Assembly (NCBI GenBank): GCA_905178155.1
Contig: CAJINV010000001.1
Span: forward strand, 15,562,142-15,626,141
DNA: 64,000 bases
DNA from: Amoebophrya sp. A120
Lineage: Eukaryota; Protista; Dinoflagellata
Direction: 5' to 3'
Numbering within the stretch: the stretch's first letter is position 1; each line of letters begins with the position of its first letter. The position numbers were made by a program, and so were the translations under genes. Of this stretch, positions 62,349-64,000 are shown piece after piece. A model generated the notes under the pieces. It saw only the letters and a program-made list of their open reading frames with translations, did no database searches and was not told the origin of the DNA.

Positions 62349-64000
62349 ATGTCATCAAACCCCCCTGATGAACATGCTCCGCGCTCCACGGACGGGGCAA
62401 ACGCTTCGCCCGTAGGTAGAAGTAGTCGTGCGCCGGATGATGTCGCACAACACTCGTTGCCAACTTTGCTAGAAAAAGAGGAGCCAGCCGCGGCGAAAGG
62501 ATCTGCGACCGGTATGGCCGCGCAGAGGAAGATTTCCGGCACTTTGGAAATCGCACTAGAAGGTAACGACTGCAACCACTTCTCGGCGGCTACCATTACG
62601 GGCGGTTGGTTGGAGGCGACCGATGGTACTCGTTTTGCTCTTTCGCCCGGTGGGAAAATTTCGTCTGTGATCGTGCCGTCTGAAAACGACAAGACGACTC
62701 GTGTAGTCGGTCTGGCCACGAGCCAGAAGGAAAAAGAGAACGAACCCGAGCCCACCCCACCAGAGATCATAGCGAGTGTGAACGAGAACAAACTCCTCCT
62801 GGGCGACGAAAACAAGAACTTCTACCCGGACGAGGATGAGGACAAGAAGAAGGATCACGAGAAAAAGAACAGCCGGGAGTTGGAGGGCCTGTTATTCGAA
62901 GACTTCGACGGGCTGAGCTCAATCGGGAAGAATTCCCCCGGAGATTGTGAGTTGGAGCTGGATGGGGCGCCAGAATTCGAGGAAAGCGAAAAGGTGGAAG
63001 AGAACAACAAGGTCAAGGAAATGCATACAGTGCGCGACGAGGCGAAGACGAAGCAGATGAACGACCGGCACCAGAAGACCCCGGCCGCGGAGGTTGGAGC
63101 ACAGGGAGCGGCCGAGTTGCTACCCTTCCCGAAGAAGCGCGATTTTTTCGCCGGCGAACTGTTAGGGCAGCGCCTGCCCGACCCGACGTTCGCGGCGATC
63201 GACTTCCACGCAAATCCGCCATCTCCGCCGGACACGCGCGAGCGGAGCTGCTTCGATCAGAAGGCCGAAGACGAAAGAGAGGACATCTTCCGGGCGGTCT
63301 GCAACGCGGTCGAGCGGCGCAACGGAATGGGTATGGACCCACGGCAGGGCCTCGGCCCACTGCGCGAGCGGTCAGCGAGCGCAGTGATCACGGGGCGCGA
63401 TGCGTACACACGGACGGAGTGGGATATCCTTTGCCAAGATGCCGCGCGCTCTTCTTCTTGTTCTTTTCTTTCGAAGCGCAGTCAGGTGGTCACGATGGAA
63501 AAACAAAAAGCGCAACGATCGAGCCGCAAGAAATGAAGTGCAAAACTTGCAACGCTCGCTGTTAGAAACCACAAAAATAAACTGCGTGGCCAAATCTGAA
63601 ACGAAAACAAAGAATCACTTTTGAAGAACGAGCAGAAGTGCGCGCGGGTGTTTTTGCACCTCATACAGAAAGATGGACTGCTTTACGAATGGCTGGAGGA
63701 TTATCCACAAAAAAAAAGCCATCCCCATCCAAACTGTAGACTATGTTGCTTTTTGTGCATGTTTCGCGCCACTACTAGTGGTGCGAAACATGCACAGAGT
63801 CCAGGAACTTGCCATGCAAAAAACTCTTTGATGGGCATGGCTCTTTTCTTCTGGATAAGTGTCAGAAAAAAAAGCCGAAGGGCGGCTATTCCCGCCCGAG
63901 AGTCCCAAAGTGCTTCAGTCCGTTCATAAGCAAGTTCGGCGATGAGTACGTATCTAGTGCAAAGGTATCGCACTCGTAGCAATTGCAGTTTGTTATGAAC
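62349..64000 (+). CDS. Hypothetical protein, probably 3' partial
   Basis: ORF 62265-63536 (first ATG 62349) and a downstream exon interrupted by the 63702 element; exon structure not resolved. Confidence 0.5.
63702..63857. mobile_element. Introner, family B-like, 156 bp, degenerate
   Basis: TATCCACAAAAAAAAAGCCATCCCCATC / GATGGGCATGGCTCTTTTCTTCTGGATA; flanks AGGAT/AGTGT (3 of 5 match); a GA-AG register gives WLE|CQKKKPKGG. Confidence 0.75.

Overview
Gene-dense eukaryotic (protist) genomic DNA with about 14 intron-containing genes, all on the + strand. Recognisable products: a Bmt5/DUF2431-like rRNA methyltransferase domain protein, a cyclin, an SR/RRM splicing factor, a DUF4116 protein, a ubiquitin/EF-hand membrane protein, prohibitin, an ankyrin-oligoribonuclease fusion and a Y-family DNA polymerase. 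The dominant hidden structure is a set of nine introner-like elements (87-1234 bp, at least four terminal-repeat families). Each starts with TA, carries terminal inverted repeats (TIRs), is flanked by a 5-bp direct repeat (exact in 7 of 9) and sits inside coding sequence. Removing the element plus one repeat restores the host protein, yet six of the nine have no GT-AG, GC-AG or GA-AG register. This pattern plus one-strand gene order matches what is reported for the parasitic dinoflagellate Amoebophrya; that organism call is inference. Also present: an intact, very young Ty1/copia element (apparently identical TA...CA LTRs, half-tRNA primer site, FVDN instead of YxDD), a 1-kb foldback MITE with a TAA target duplication, and a 451-bp insert with a 17-bp duplication nested in one introner. 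The most unusual protein joins ubiquitin, a flavodoxin/GATase-like domain and four EF-hands to two bacterial-type membrane sensor modules. All coordinates and domain calls were made by eye, without database searches.
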